NCBI GenBank assembly: GCA_965603825.1
Contig: CBFDEM010000054.1
Coordinates: forward strand, 248,001-312,000
Length of the DNA stretch: 64,000 nucleotides
Reading direction: 5' to 3'
From: Blepharisma stoltei ATCC 30299
Lineage: Eukaryota; Protista; Ciliophora
Shown: positions 49,501-62,136 of the stretch, in pieces
Layout: each line of letters begins with the position of its first letter
Position numbering within the stretch: the stretch's first letter is position 1
The notes under the pieces: model-generated
What the model was told of the DNA's origin: nothing
Databases searched by the model: none
The model's input: only the letters and a program-made list of their open reading frames with translations
Program-made: the position numbers and the translations under genes

Positions 49501-51434
49501 TAGAAGCAAGTCCTGAAGGATCTATGCTAAATGGAGAGCAGTCATTAAAGCTGCAGGAAGACCTTTCTGAAATTCTTGGCGCAGACTCCGAAAATCTATC
49601 GGACGAAGATTTTGCTCCAACTCCAGAAAGCGGGCAAAAGAAGACTCCTGATCTTTCTTCTATTATGGAAGGATTTAATAAAGACTTAGGAGCGCTAAAA
49701 GAAATGAATATTCTTGGATCTCTTCCTACATCAAAGGAATCTAGCAAGTTTTGGTTTGATAATGAAGGCTCTAAGCCTAATTCTAGAGAGCATAACTTAA
49801 GAAATACTCCATCTAGGTTAGCTTTACGCTCTGAAAGTTCTAATAAAGCAGCAAAATCTAATTCAAAATCCTCTTCTGAGTCAGCGAAAAGATCTGATCT
49901 TTCACAAGAGCTGTCAAGAACAAGTAAAAATGCATCTTCGAGACAACAAGCAAGCATATATTCAAAGCAACAGACTATGAGCTCCCAGATGGAATCAAGC
50001 AGAAGCGAACTTGGATTATTATTGCCAAAAGCATCAATGCCTGAGATATCTGAAAGAGACAGCCCTGATCATTCCCCGATAGAAGCATCAGGAATTCGTA
50101 CAGCTAATAGTCAAGCTCGCCACACATCTTTATTTGAAGAATATTCCTATAAAGCCAAAGAAGCTTCAAGACCAAATACATTGGATAAGTTTAAAAATAT
50201 AATTTCTCTAACAAACGAACAAGATTTAGTGAGAGTCCGGTACAACCGAGACAGGTGATTGCCTAATGAAGATGAAAGCAATGATGAAAAATGAGGCGAA
50301 AGTGATGTTTCTAATAGAGTTGTCACAGCGCATGGCGAGATTCATTTTATGCCACCAGGCGAAGAAGATGAAATGGAGAACTCCAGAAACAAATCTAATT
50401 TAAGGAGAATGAGTATTGAAAGAGAGCCGCAGGCAGAAAGCAAAAAAGTAATGAAGGTTGAAAATGATGTGAGGACTCAGAAATTATATTTCATGTACTA
50501 TCTAGATTTAATTGGCCATCCTTGCTCATCAAAACACTCCCTTGCTAAATACGAATGCTCAAAGTACATCCAGCCACTCAATATCTTATTTTTAGCTAAA
50601 CGATTAGGGATAAAAGTGACTCAATCTCCATTTTCATCTCCTGAAAGTGACTTAGTATGGATCGCATATTTGCAAGCAGCTGCTCCTATGCCAGATGGCT
50701 TCGAAAAAAACGTGCCAATTACCAAGATTTGCAGTTGGCCATATGGAGCCCATCCAGGTGATAAATATTTTTCACTTATCTTGCAATACCAAAGAAAAAT
50801 CAGAGCTGTAGAATTAATAAAATTAACCCCAAAAGAACGGGCTCACGATCTAATCTCCAACTCTTGGATTGAGTTTAAAAATCTCAAAGACGCTAAATAC
50901 TACTACAATTACCTCAGCTGCGAAACATCCCACATGATTCCTTCTTCTGTGAAATTCCACTTTGCTGAAAAATCAGAAGCGGAAGACAGAAAAGCGAAGC
51001 TGAAAGAACTCTTGATATCACAAGATAATTTGCTATTTAAAACAGTCACTAAACTTATAGGAAATACCAAAAACAACACATCGCATTCTCAGAATATTGT
51101 AAATATTGCAAACTTAATTATGCAGTCTATTGCTAGAAAAGAGCCGCTTATTAAAGACACTCTTACTGAGCTACCACCAATTGAAGAAAGAAATAGACAA
51201 GGGGCAGGGCCTATACCTTTTAAGCTTGTAACTCTTCCTGAAATCAAAACTAGCAAACTTCCAAAATTTTCAAAATTATCTGGGAAGTATACACCGACCA
51301 AATTTAGTGTTACCAATAAAGCAGTGACCACTCGGTCACATTCAGAAAAAGCGTTTAATTTTGACTTTGGGAAGTTTCATATTCAGCATTTCTCGCCCAG
51401 AATACCACTAGCACAAACATTAAGAAGCCAATAA
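46599..51434 (+). CDS. ~1611-aa protein with repeated CEP164-N-terminal-like (helical bundle + WW) modules and a long disordered middle
   Basis: Five track ORFs in one frame via TGA; modules such as YLAQQLGMD..W..ALLCLLPIGW..G.IQYHN..T..HP and LAKEYGI..LLWIARVALVLPLPPLW..G..VYVN..HP. Confidence 0.8.
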
Positions 51435-51470
51435 AATACTTATAAATAGAATTAAATTACTAATAAATAC

Positions 51471-52619
51471 TTAAATCCTTATCTTTTTAAATAATAACGT
51501 TATCGGCCAGAATAATCTTAACAGAAAACTGCCTAGTTTTAAGATTAAAGCCATCATATTTGGTATCCTGATTTTCCATGCTATACCTAGGTATATCAAA
51601 ATTCCTACCGCAATCAATGCCTTACAAAGTTTTCCCATTTTTTGATATCCAGCTGAAGCAATCTTTATCTGTGCCACATATCCATAAGCTTTGCCTTCCT
51701 TCAGCCTTTGATCTGCCCAGTCACTAATTTTTTTCAAAAACTCGTCTCTTTCTAAGTCATGATGTGGCTCATGATAGCCTCCTTCAAGGACTACCATTGT
51801 CTTATCTTTGCTTCCACAGTTTCTATACACTTGTTGAGTCATTTCGCAGAAAGTTAATGAATCTTTGTTTCCATGCAAAAATATTACTGGATGTCTCATC
51901 TTTGTTGCTTGAGAAACAATAGGTCTTAAGTGCTCAATCATGGTAAGAGCCATTGAAGAGCCTAACAAAGGAAGCATTTTTTTATCTTCAAACATCGCAC
52001 GGATGTAGAGATCATCTCTGCTTACACTTGTAGGACAAATAAAAGCGTTGAAAACACCTTGGTTTATCAGAGGTGATGCAAGTTTCATAGCGATTTCCTT
52101 GCCTTTGCTAATATCAGCATTAGAAGACCCATAAAATGGTGCAGAAATGATGACTCCAGTAATTGGAAGCGTTGGGTTATTTATCAAAACAGTTGTAACT
52201 AGCAACCCACCCATGCTATGTCCCCACAAAAAGCAAGGGACAGTTGGGTCAGGCTGCTGAAGAAGTAGATTTATATCACTTTGCAGTTCATAAAGATTAT
52301 GCCCAGCCCTTGCTCCTCCAGATAATCCTGCATGGCGGAAATCAATCATGTGCACTCCATATCCTAGCAGTGCAAAATGAATAGCAGCATTAATATATCT
52401 TCCACTATGTTCTCCAAAGCCATGGACTATACAAAGGGATGCTTTTGGTTTCTCGATGTCTTTTTTCTTTAAAAATCTGTAGAGCAGTCTGATGTTTCGT
52501 AGATTAGGTGGTAAAGCAGAAATGTATTTCCAAGTCATAATCAAAGAGTCGATGTCTGGAAACTTTTTGGATTCACCAGGGTGGACACTTTCTAATAATG
52601 AGATGATGTCTTCTTCCAT
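51471..52619 (-). CDS. alpha/beta hydrolase (monoacylglycerol lipase/lysophospholipase-like)
   Basis: VHGFGEHSGRY, GHSMGG, HGNKD, YHE; C-terminal TM. Confidence 0.92.
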   Translation of the reverse strand: MEEDIISLLESVHPGESKKFPDIDSLIMTWKYISALPPNLRNIRLLYRFLKKKDIEKPKASLCIVHGFGEHSGRYINAAIHFALLGYGVHMIDFRHAGLSGGARAGHNLYELQSDINLLLQQPDPTVPCFLWGHSMGGLLVTTVLINNPTLPITGVIISAPFYGSSNADISKGKEIAMKLASPLINQGVFNAFICPTSVSRDDLYIRAMFEDKKMLPLLGSSMALTMIEHLRPIVSQATKMRHPVIFLHGNKDSLTFCEMTQQVYRNCGSKDKTMVVLEGGYHEPHHDLERDEFLKKISDWADQRLKEGKAYGYVAQIKIASAGYQKMGKLCKALIAVGILIYLGIAWKIRIPNMMALILKLGSFLLRLFWPITLLFKKIRI

Positions 52620-52817
52620 ATTTTATAAATGCAACTAATGATAGTTGAGAAATTTAACAAGTAAGGAAATTAATAAAGTTCTGACACATTTAGAGAGCTT
52701 TTTAGCCTATGCAGGGTTTAATTGTGAATATGTTTTCTATGCGATCTTAAAATGGAAATAGATATATTTTGCTTATTTTTATCAATCAAACAGAAATTTA
52801 ATTTTGTTTGTTGTTAA

Positions 52818-53174
52818 CTATTTAAACTTTGGGGAAAAAGAGCTTCCACACCCACAGGTCATATCAGCTTGAGGATTTTCTTTGACGGTAAATACTTTTT
52901 TGATCATCTCATCTGTGAAATCAACAGTAGATCCTTTAATCAGAGCGATAGAATCCTGATCAACAACTATTTTAGCTCCTTCACTCTCTATCACATAATC
53001 ATTATCCTTCATTTCTGACTCAATATTGAACTTATACACAAATCCTCCGCATCCTTCTCCACCATCAACTAAAATCCTCATGAACTCATTAGCCTTACAA
53101 ATCTTCTTTATTCTTGCTGCGCATTGGCTAGTTACATTGAGATATGAGAAACTTCTCGAAAATAATCGAATCAT
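52818..53174 (-). CDS. A-type Fe-S assembly protein (ISCA2/HesB-like)
   Basis: Mitochondrial-like presequence, GCGGFVY, CGCGSSF. Confidence 0.92.
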   Translation of the reverse strand: MIRLFSRSFSYLNVTSQCAARIKKICKANEFMRILVDGGEGCGGFVYKFNIESEMKDNDYVIESEGAKIVVDQDSIALIKGSTVDFTDEMIKKVFTVKENPQADMTCGCGSSFSPKFK

Positions 53175-53207
53175 TCTGTGTATTTAATTTATAAAAAATG
53201 TAATTAT

Positions 53208-54323
53208 TTAAGCTGCCTTAGCAAAACCTACTCTGGAATTAGCAAAGTCAAAGAGAGTATAATAAGCCCTGATAAACATATCACCCAAAATGATAGTGTT
53301 TTTCAAGTACGGTGGGAAATCCATTGCATCGAACCCTGATATGCATTCTGTTTGGTTTTGGGAAGTCACTTGCAATACATATTGCTGAGGAGTCAAAGGA
53401 TAGCTATTTCCAGCAATATTAAAAGTGACTGGTGGCAAGGTGTTTAAATCTTTACAATCAGTCTTCACTACTCCGACCTTTTCGCTAATTAAGTCAATAA
53501 GTACTCTGTCTCCAATCAGAATTGATGTTCCGGTGTCTACAACTCCATGGATTCCTGTAAGATCAATAGTGTTGCTTCCAACTGTAATAGAAGAGATGGC
53601 TACTTCCCAGTATGTCTTATTAGATAATGGAGCATATTGGAAAGGAGTTTTAGCAAGGGCAGGGTTATACCCTCCAAGAGTAAGTCTACTTCCATAAGCT
53701 CCTGCTGCCACGCTGAGGTAAAATGCAAACTGATAGTTAGTCAAGTTTTGCTGCTGGTTTAGCATGTTAAAAACTGGTGGGATGTTGTTTACTGCAATAG
53801 CAGGCCAAGCCATACCCAAAATTCCATCAAACCTGGCTGCAATAAATGAGACTCCATCAAGCTTGGTAATTTCTCCGAAAAGCACATTTGTAATAGTGAA
53901 ATCTCCCCAGCTTACTGTATCTTGACTTATAAAGCCTTCTACTGCGCCTTTGGCATAAGTCAAATTAAGGGCTGTTCCATTTTTAACATAAGTGCTAGAG
54001 GCTGAAGATTTATAAGTCTTGTGAACAAAGCAAGCAGTCGTACGGCAATCATATGAAGGAACCCAAAGATTAGAAGATCCTGTATCAAAAACAACTTTAA
54101 AAGGCTGTGCAGGAGTGCCAATTCCTATTTGGCCATAATATTGGGCATCTAAATAATTACTAAGGAAAATTTCACTCGTAGCTTGAAAAGTCCTTTTTTG
54201 TTCTCTTCTGGCTTTTATGCTTTTGAAGTATGCAACTTTTTCTTCTGGAGTTTCAATAATTGGAAGTAGAGGAATTTCATAAATTGCAAAGGCAAGTCCC
54301 AGTAACAGAAGAAACCTCGCCAT
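53208..54323 (-). CDS. cathepsin D-like aspartic protease (A1)
   Basis: Signal peptide, NYLDAQYYG, FDTGSSNLWVP, VDTGTS, ILGD. Confidence 0.95.
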   Translation of the reverse strand: MARFLLLLGLAFAIYEIPLLPIIETPEEKVAYFKSIKARREQKRTFQATSEIFLSNYLDAQYYGQIGIGTPAQPFKVVFDTGSSNLWVPSYDCRTTACFVHKTYKSSASSTYVKNGTALNLTYAKGAVEGFISQDTVSWGDFTITNVLFGEITKLDGVSFIAARFDGILGMAWPAIAVNNIPPVFNMLNQQQNLTNYQFAFYLSVAAGAYGSRLTLGGYNPALAKTPFQYAPLSNKTYWEVAISSITVGSNTIDLTGIHGVVDTGTSILIGDRVLIDLISEKVGVVKTDCKDLNTLPPVTFNIAGNSYPLTPQQYVLQVTSQNQTECISGFDAMDFPPYLKNTIILGDMFIRAYYTLFDFANSRVGFAKAA

Positions 54324-54965
54324 TTAATTGTTGATTATTTTTTAGTCATATCATTTATTGTATCTATTAGATTTGAGTTTAGTATACTCTAATTTGTGGT
54401 TTATTCTTCTTTAGGTTTTCAATAATAATCTGATATAAATTAGATCTTTAATAAATATTTTTAAATTCATATCTATCCAATTAAGACCGTATTTAAGCAT
54501 TCAATCTATTAGTTATAATAATAATAATCATTTAACACAGACTCATTAATAAGATATCAAGTAGTATAATCCATTGCAAAAGTTATTTTATCCTAACTAT
54601 GAAATATTAAAATAGCCACTTTCAGAAAAAAGATAAAAAACAATTTTTAAAATAACTATATATTTTAAATTAAAAAGTCTTAATATAAATTAATAAAATT
54701 AATGATTATTAAAAATTCTATTTGCAAACTTCTTTTACTATTAAAATTGATAAGTTATGAAATCAATCTATTTATAATTTGATCTATTTCAATTTGCGAT
54801 ATATATAAAACATTCTAAACCATAGTTTCATCTAAAATGAAATCCAACCAATAATAGCTTATTTAATCTTAAGATAAAATCAGAAATTTTTATTTGTCTT
54901 TCGAATTCTTATTAATAAGCTGAATTGCTAGCCAAATTAATGATCAGAAATGAATACAAATAAAA

Positions 54966-57323
54966 ATGGGAACAAACTATAAATACTCAATTGATTACAT
55001 TTATAAACAATCTCCCTTTCTTTATTATGAAAATCACGAAACAGAATCCAAGTTTCAATCAGAAATTTATAAGTACTCCTGAACATCATTAAATTTTTTT
55101 TTCGCATTTGCAGGGAGCTTCATAGCTCTTCTCTACTGAGCGATTAAATCATTCTCAATTTGCTTTATTGTATTTTCTACTTTAAGTGGATGCTTATGGC
55201 TTGGGTTGAATTATAAAATGACAATTGCAAGATTAGGAGGTTTAATAATTGGATTAGCAATAGAAATTCAACTTAGGGAAAATGGTGTATTAATGCTTGG
55301 ATATTTTGTGGACTGAGTGATACGTAATTCTTATACAGACTATTACACTTATAAAACATGAATTAGTTATGTTGAATTTTACTTACTTTTTATTCTTGTT
55401 CAGATAATTCATGGGATTGCGCTTAACATTCCTCAAAGCATTGTTACAGGAATGATTTTGACTCTGGTTATGTCGCTCCTTGAAAAAGATAGAAGAGATC
55501 TGTGGCTGCTTGTTGATATTTATAGAGCTAGATCAATATTTCAAAGCTTTATCATAGACAGTAGCAGTAACTCAATTTTGATTATAGGAGAAGATGGAAG
55601 AATTATTATGACAAACGATGCAGCTATTGCATATGCAGATAAAAGAGGACTTTCAAGAGTTTTAGGAGCCCATGCTACAGAATTTTTTACTCTTACCGCA
55701 AAAGAAACTATTGATAAAATTTTAAAAAATGCTTTAGAAGGAATGACAATTGAAGAAGAGTTGACTTTGGATTCAACCCCGATATTAGTAAAAGCGAAAC
55801 CAGTGCATTTTAATCATAAACCGGTAATTCATCTTACTATATCGGATATTAGCAACCAAATTGCAAGAAGAAATTTTTTAGCCTCGATTAATAAAGCTCA
55901 AGAATTTAAGGTCTCAGAAACAGAAAAAAAACTAACTGAATGCTATGTTCACCAAACTGCCATTTCTGAAAACGAATTTACAAGACTTGCTAAGTGTATT
56001 TCATGCCAAAAAATGACAAGAACAGTTTTACAATGCTTAATTGGTGATGTGAGCTTGAAAAATGATAAATTTGATGCTGAAGTTGAGATGGCGAATATCA
56101 TTCAATGATCATGATGCGATGCAAAGCTTAAAAAATTGAATATCACTCTTAGTAAGCACCCAGATCTTAACAGTCCTATTTTTTGTGATAGACAATTACA
56201 TAATAACCTCTTGAAAGGAGTAATTCATTTTATTATTTTAAAATCTGACAAAAAATCAGATATCTCAGTTTTTCTTGGAAAAATTGTAATTTTCATGTAG
56301 ACTCATGATAATGAAACATATCTAAATTATAGTTTTACCTTTGATTCTCAAACTTTGGACATCAATGAATTTAATTATTTATTCAGCAATGACCCCAATA
56401 AAATAAAGAAAATCGAAGAAATGCATGATATTTTGAAAAAATATGACACAGTGGAGCTAGCTATGTTTGATATTATGCTGACTATTCTTGGAGGACAAAT
56501 CATAAGTCACGGCCCACAGCAGCCGCCTGTATTTCATTTAGTATATAGTCTAAAGCTTCAAGAGCATGCAGGACAAGCCGCCATCGACGCTCCACAAATA
56601 AAATTATATGAAAACTCTGCTGATATAGACTCTACAACTATTTCATGACGCTGGAGCCAAGAAAAAACAGAAATTATACAAATTAACCGGAACAGGGAAA
56701 GATATTTCTCGGAGCAAGAAACGAAGGAGTCAGCCTCGCATTTGCAAGACAATAAACTTAAACCAAAGCATCCAGAGAATGCTGAAGAAAGTGAAAATGG
56801 AGAAGACGATGTCGATGAAAATGTCACTATTTTCGGTTTATCACACTATTTGCAAAAAGAAATAGAAGTTCCAGGTCGAAATTCTCATCTGCCTGTAAAC
56901 ACCTCATCATTCATACATAATTCCAATGCCTCTATTTTATCAGATTTTCATGTAATCTACAAAGGATTTATTTTGATAGGAAATAAATTCCTCGTAAATT
57001 CGCTACAGAAAAACATGGAAGCTATTTTAGGGAAAGAGGTGGAAATATGTGCAAATCAAGAGGATTTGGTAAATAAAGTTACAAAGGCAGCTGGAGAAAA
57101 CTCTTTATGCATAATAATAATTGATGTTCCTAATGGTTTTGAGGCTGCAAAAACAATTAGACAAAATGGGTATAAGCATGCAAGGAGGCCCCATATTGTT
57201 GCGATGTATTCAAATAATGAAGAAGGAAATTTGACGAGCTATAAAGAAGCTGGCATTGATGAAACAATACCAAAAAGTGCTGGAAGAGAAGTGTTGCAGT
57301 CAATTATAAACAAAATTTTATAA
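54966..57323 (+). CDS. multi-TM PAS / degenerate histidine kinase / receiver protein
   Basis: One frame via TGA plus intron 56286-56300; N-terminal TMs, PAS (ILIIGEDGRIIMTNDAA...ISDIS), H-box-like FLASINK without His, C-terminal receiver (IIID..NGFEAAKTIR..IVAM..AGIDETIPK). Confidence 0.75.
56286..56300 (+). other. 15-nt intron gtaattttcatgtag
   Basis: GT-AG, A at position 10, in-frame TAG removed. Confidence 0.87.
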
Positions 57324-57695
57324 ACATTAAATATTGATTTATTTATAATCGTTAAAAAATGAAAACAAGTGAAGTTGCATAAATGCTCATAATATATTTC
57401 TTCTGGCTTGCCAGATATTTTACTCGTATCCTCTTATGATTTGAATCTTGTTTTTTTATTTCCTGATAAATATTAATTGAGTTATCTAAAATGCAGGAAT
57501 TAAACGTACTTTTTTATTTTGAGGTTATCTATATTCATAGATATTCAAACTCAATTTCAAATTGAATTTATAGAACTATTTAATATTTGCTGAAAGTAGC
57601 CTAAAGGTAATTAAGAATATAGAAATAAAACAGCTGAAAGTATTTTTCATAACGCCGATACAAACTTTTTCAAATAATTAAACCTAAAAACTAAC

Positions 57696-60443
57696 ATGGC
57701 AGGCTTGGAAGCAGCAGGAGTTGTAATTTCAGTATTTTTCTTTTGTTTCACAATAGGAACAGTTTATTTGATGATTCGCTTAGCAAAAATTCTGAGAAAT
57801 GTATTTTATAACAACAGATCCAATTTTGAAGTCGCGCGGGAAATCCCCATTCATCCTAATTTATCTTTTAAAAAGGTATGCAAAAGACTTATTCCAATTT
57901 ATGCTATATTTACATACAGACAAGTGCAGTACGAAATTCCACCTTCTGGTGGTTTATTTTTGCTATCTTGTTATTTGGTCAGCTTGTGAGGATTTAACAT
58001 AATTTTCACAACTTATAATTCAGATTTGTCTTATGGGAATGCTGTAATCTGTGCTCTTCTGTCTACAGGAGTCTCTTTGATCCTCTCATCTATAATTCAC
58101 TCATCATATATAGCAAGTTTTAACCAGACCTCATGAGATTTAAATACAATTCAAAATGAAAATCCTAGAGATCATTCAACTATTCTTGAAACAAGACTTA
58201 ATACAAATATTGCAGGCTATGGAGAAAATATGCTTAAAAAGATTAGGAAACTTGAAAAAAGTATTCTAATTATAATTATGCTGACTGTGCTCTTTATTTT
58301 TTGGGCGATTTATGTAACTGGAACTGGAATTGAAAGCTCACTTGAAGGAGCAATAATACAATGCTTGGTAGGCTTGGCTTTAGATATCCCTATTAGAATT
58401 ACTGCATGCCTAGTTGTGAGCTATTTAAAACTCATGCATAGTTATGAAATTTCTTATTTACCTCTGCATGCTCCTATTACTCCACAAACCTTGAAATTTT
58501 ATACAAAATCTCAGTATAATCATCCAATTGAGCCTGAGTCCTGTCAAATGGCAGGCAACTCTTTTAAAGACCAGTCCCAGAACCTCTGCATAGATAATAC
58601 TTTTGGTTTTCCAATAAACCATGAGTCTGAGCTGCATAATTCAATAGATTTTCCGAGTCTTGATAGAAAAATCAGAGACCTTGAGCTCTTGCAGAATTTT
58701 GATGCGTCTATTTCTAAAATTGGCTATGAAGATGACCCAGACCCTGAGTTTGAGCCAGACGTTTTGCCTGAGCCTGATTTTAAGGTGAAAGAATTTTGTG
58801 AAAGCCATAGAACTGAGCAAAGCGAAATTGAAACATTGGCATCTCATAACGAAGACTCAATAGATGAGCCGTTGCTTAGTCCTTATTTATATCCTTCCAC
58901 CCCAGTTTCAAAAAAGGAATCAAAAATTCAATTTTCCCCTTCTCCTCAGAAATATATGAGCCCATCTAAATCCTCAGACCAAATACTTCATAGGGTTTCT
59001 GCTTTTGATTTAAGACTTCACCAATGTGATAGCCCAATTTCTCGAGGAGAAAATTCTGCAGATATATCAAGAAATGAAGAAATTGAGTCATATGATTCAG
59101 ATTCATGCCAAGATGCCATATTTTTCAATGAAGAATTAGAGATAACGCCAACTGCTCCAATACAAATAGACGAGGATCCAGAAAAAACAGAATCAAGAAA
59201 TTCTCCTGTCTTATTTTTAGCGACTAATGACCCGACACCTTATTTGCCTGGATATAGCTCAAATTCGCCTGAAACCAAAATGAATGAAGTTTACTCAAGG
59301 CCTTATACTTCTTCTTTTGATGATAGAGAGAGCAAAGCCAAACTGCCAGTTGTGGAAGAAATTCCCAATAAATTTACATCAAATGCTGTTCATTATGAAG
59401 CTAAAGAAGAGCTTAATGAGCATATTGATACCGAAGAAAGTATCAGGACAGAGGATTCTTTTGTAGGTGGATTCATACGTTTACCTCCAAAATCAGGCCA
59501 ATCTACATCAAGAGGCGATTTTATTTCACCAGTTGTATATACATCAAGAGATATTATGGCAGAATGGGACATACAGTCATCTTCGAATAATTTCCAGTTA
59601 CAAAGCAACGAAGGGGAGTTTCCATCTTTTTCGAAAAATAATCCAGCTGTTCCTTGCAGCATTTTCCCTATTATCGATGAAGAGCCTTCACAGCATAAAA
59701 AGAGGAAGAATAAAGAAAGACCTCCTACATATAAAACTGCGCATTTCTTGAAGCAGGGTACAATTGATATTTACAGTGCTCATCACAAAGTTGCTGAAGG
59801 GTTTAGCAAGCCTCGGTCAAAATCTCACACAGGGAGAGATAAAAGGCACCATTCCAATGAGAGAACTTCCCAGCCCCCTTCCACTAGTAATAGAGAAAAT
59901 TTAGATTTCATCGTAAACTTGACTAAAAAGCAGCTGCAAGAAAGACTGAAGAGAAGAACTGGCAAAAAAATTGATGAAGAAGAGCTAGCTGAATTCCCAA
60001 TGCCTCCAGAAGAACCAATCTCAGTTGATAAAAAAGTTTTCAAAAAAAAATCTACCCGAAAACTCCTCAAAAATGTAGACATGCTCATAAATGGCAAAGA
60101 AAATGTGCAACAAGCTGAAGACCTAGAAAAATTAAAATCAATGCTGGAAGTCCGTCAAAACTTCAAAAGAAAGTATAGCATCTCCAAAAACAACCCTTAT
60201 TCACAAAAAATTCCTTTAGATTTCCTCAATGAAAGAGAGATAGAAGAAATTAGGCTCCACGATGAAGAATTTATGAGAAAACAAGAGCTGAAAATGAAAG
60301 CTATTTCTTCTATTTATGCCAATTCAAGACCATCTACTAGATCTCCAAAATATAGAAGAGGCACCAAAACTGCTGAGCCAACCCAACAGTTATCGCCTTC
60401 AAAATCCGACAATTTGATCCCCAAAATGAATAGATTATTATAG
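57696..60443 (+). CDS. multi-pass membrane protein with a long disordered cytoplasmic tail (~915 aa)
   Basis: ORFs 57696 and 58230 join in frame via two TGA; about 5 hydrophobic segments, then an S/E/P-rich tail. Confidence 0.75.
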
Positions 60444-60485
60444 AGCTATAAATTACTGATATTTTATGCTTAATTTACCTAAATT

Positions 60486-62114
60486 CTATAAATCCCAGTT
60501 TCTTCTTTCATTGTGTGCAGCTACCCTTTCTTGTTTTTCTGGAGACAACTGTGCTTTTTGTTCCCAATAAGGCCCAATTTGGTCAGGGCTTAGGTGGGGA
60601 AGTTCAGGTAACTGGAATTTGATATCAACGTATTTCTCGACAAAGAACATCATTGGAGGAACTTTGGCTTCATTTGTGTACTGGACATAAGGTGGATTTT
60701 TGTGATAGGCTGGGAATAAATAAATAATTGGCACATGATCGATTTTAACGTTTTTGTGTACGGTTTGAGTAGCGGTGTCCATTCTATAGACTTTTACATG
60801 AGGATAATTTAGTTCTTTGAAACGCTTGGCAACTTTATTGAAATATGGGGCAAGATTTAAAGAATCTTCATTTTGGTAGGAAGAATAAAGCAATAGAAGC
60901 ACATCAGTTCCTTCTGATAGCACTTTTTCTTCAAATTCGTCCATAGTGACTATTGGAGTGTCTGAATACTTGCTCTCCAACTCAGGATTTGGCCTTATGT
61001 CAGCTATGTTTTTAGATGCGAGACGATTCTCTATAAAATCTGAAACAAATAGCCTGATGCTTGATTCTGTAATAGGTTGACCTTCTTTATAAGGCAGAAT
61101 TCTATCGTCAAGAACATTAAACGCCATACTTGGTAGAATTTCAGTGACTAATCCAAGCTTCTTTTTCCTTTGCTTTATCATAGGATCAGTTCCATCCATT
61201 CAGACAAATTTTATACCTTCATCAAAATCTCTTGCGACTTTTGTAAGTATATTGATATAGTAATCCTGGTTAACGTTATGCTTATCGAGAAACATCACAA
61301 GCATAGGAAGTGCTATTTCTTTGTAAACCTGAAAATTATACCCAGTAAGCTCTTCAACAATTCCAACTCCAGCTGTGGTAATCCATTCCTTAATGTTTTG
61401 AGAAATTTCTAAATCTAGAATTTTTATATTGGCATCTTTTTTCTTCAAAGCTAAACAGTTATAGCATCGAACAACGTCACTTCCTTTGGCTTTGAGTTCT
61501 TTGATAAGTGTTTTATTTGTTAAAATTCCCATTTTAGATCCAATTCAATTAGCTAAAGAAATAGCCGTCTTTTCATATTCTTTAAGTGGCGAATCTTCAC
61601 TATCGTCATTTTCGTAAAATATCCCTAAAACACGTAAGAAATTTTTATTTTCTCTTGGAGCTTCGAAAAAAGCTTCAAGCTCATCTTCAGAGTTGATAGT
61701 AGAGACTGGCATGTAAATTTTGTCGAGAAAGGACACAATATTTTCTACTTTCATAAGATCTTCATGTCTATAAAACTTCCCTTTTTTAATCACATAAAGA
61801 AGTGGTAATTGATCCGTGCCTGGAATGTGTTTTTTAATGAAATTATGCTTTGACATATCAATCCTAACGAATTTTATCTTTGGAGTTAGTTTTTCGAGAG
61901 CCTCAAACACCTCTGCATATATAGGCTCTATCTGGCAGCAGTGTGTGCACCATTTAGCTGAAATTCCAAGCAAAAATATTTCTTCCTGTTTCATAGTGTC
62001 TTTGAAGTGCTGCTCTGATGTTATATTAAAGTCCCCAACAGAGAAATTTGGAAGTGTACAATTAGAACCAGCCAGAACAAAAGGCAAAAACGTGATAAAA
62101 TAGAGAATCACCAT
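60486..62114 (-). CDS. protein disulfide isomerase family protein (~542 aa)
   Basis: Signal peptide, AKWCTHC thioredoxin site, b/b'-like domains, last Trx domain without CxxC; three ORFs joined by TGA. Confidence 0.87.
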
Positions 62115-62136
62115 TTTATAAAACTCAATTGTAAAT

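Noticed and set aside
49271-49957. 228-aa antisense ORF and the many other opposite-strand or shifted ORFs in the track
   Set aside because: Shadows of low-complexity sense genes; no motifs or start context.
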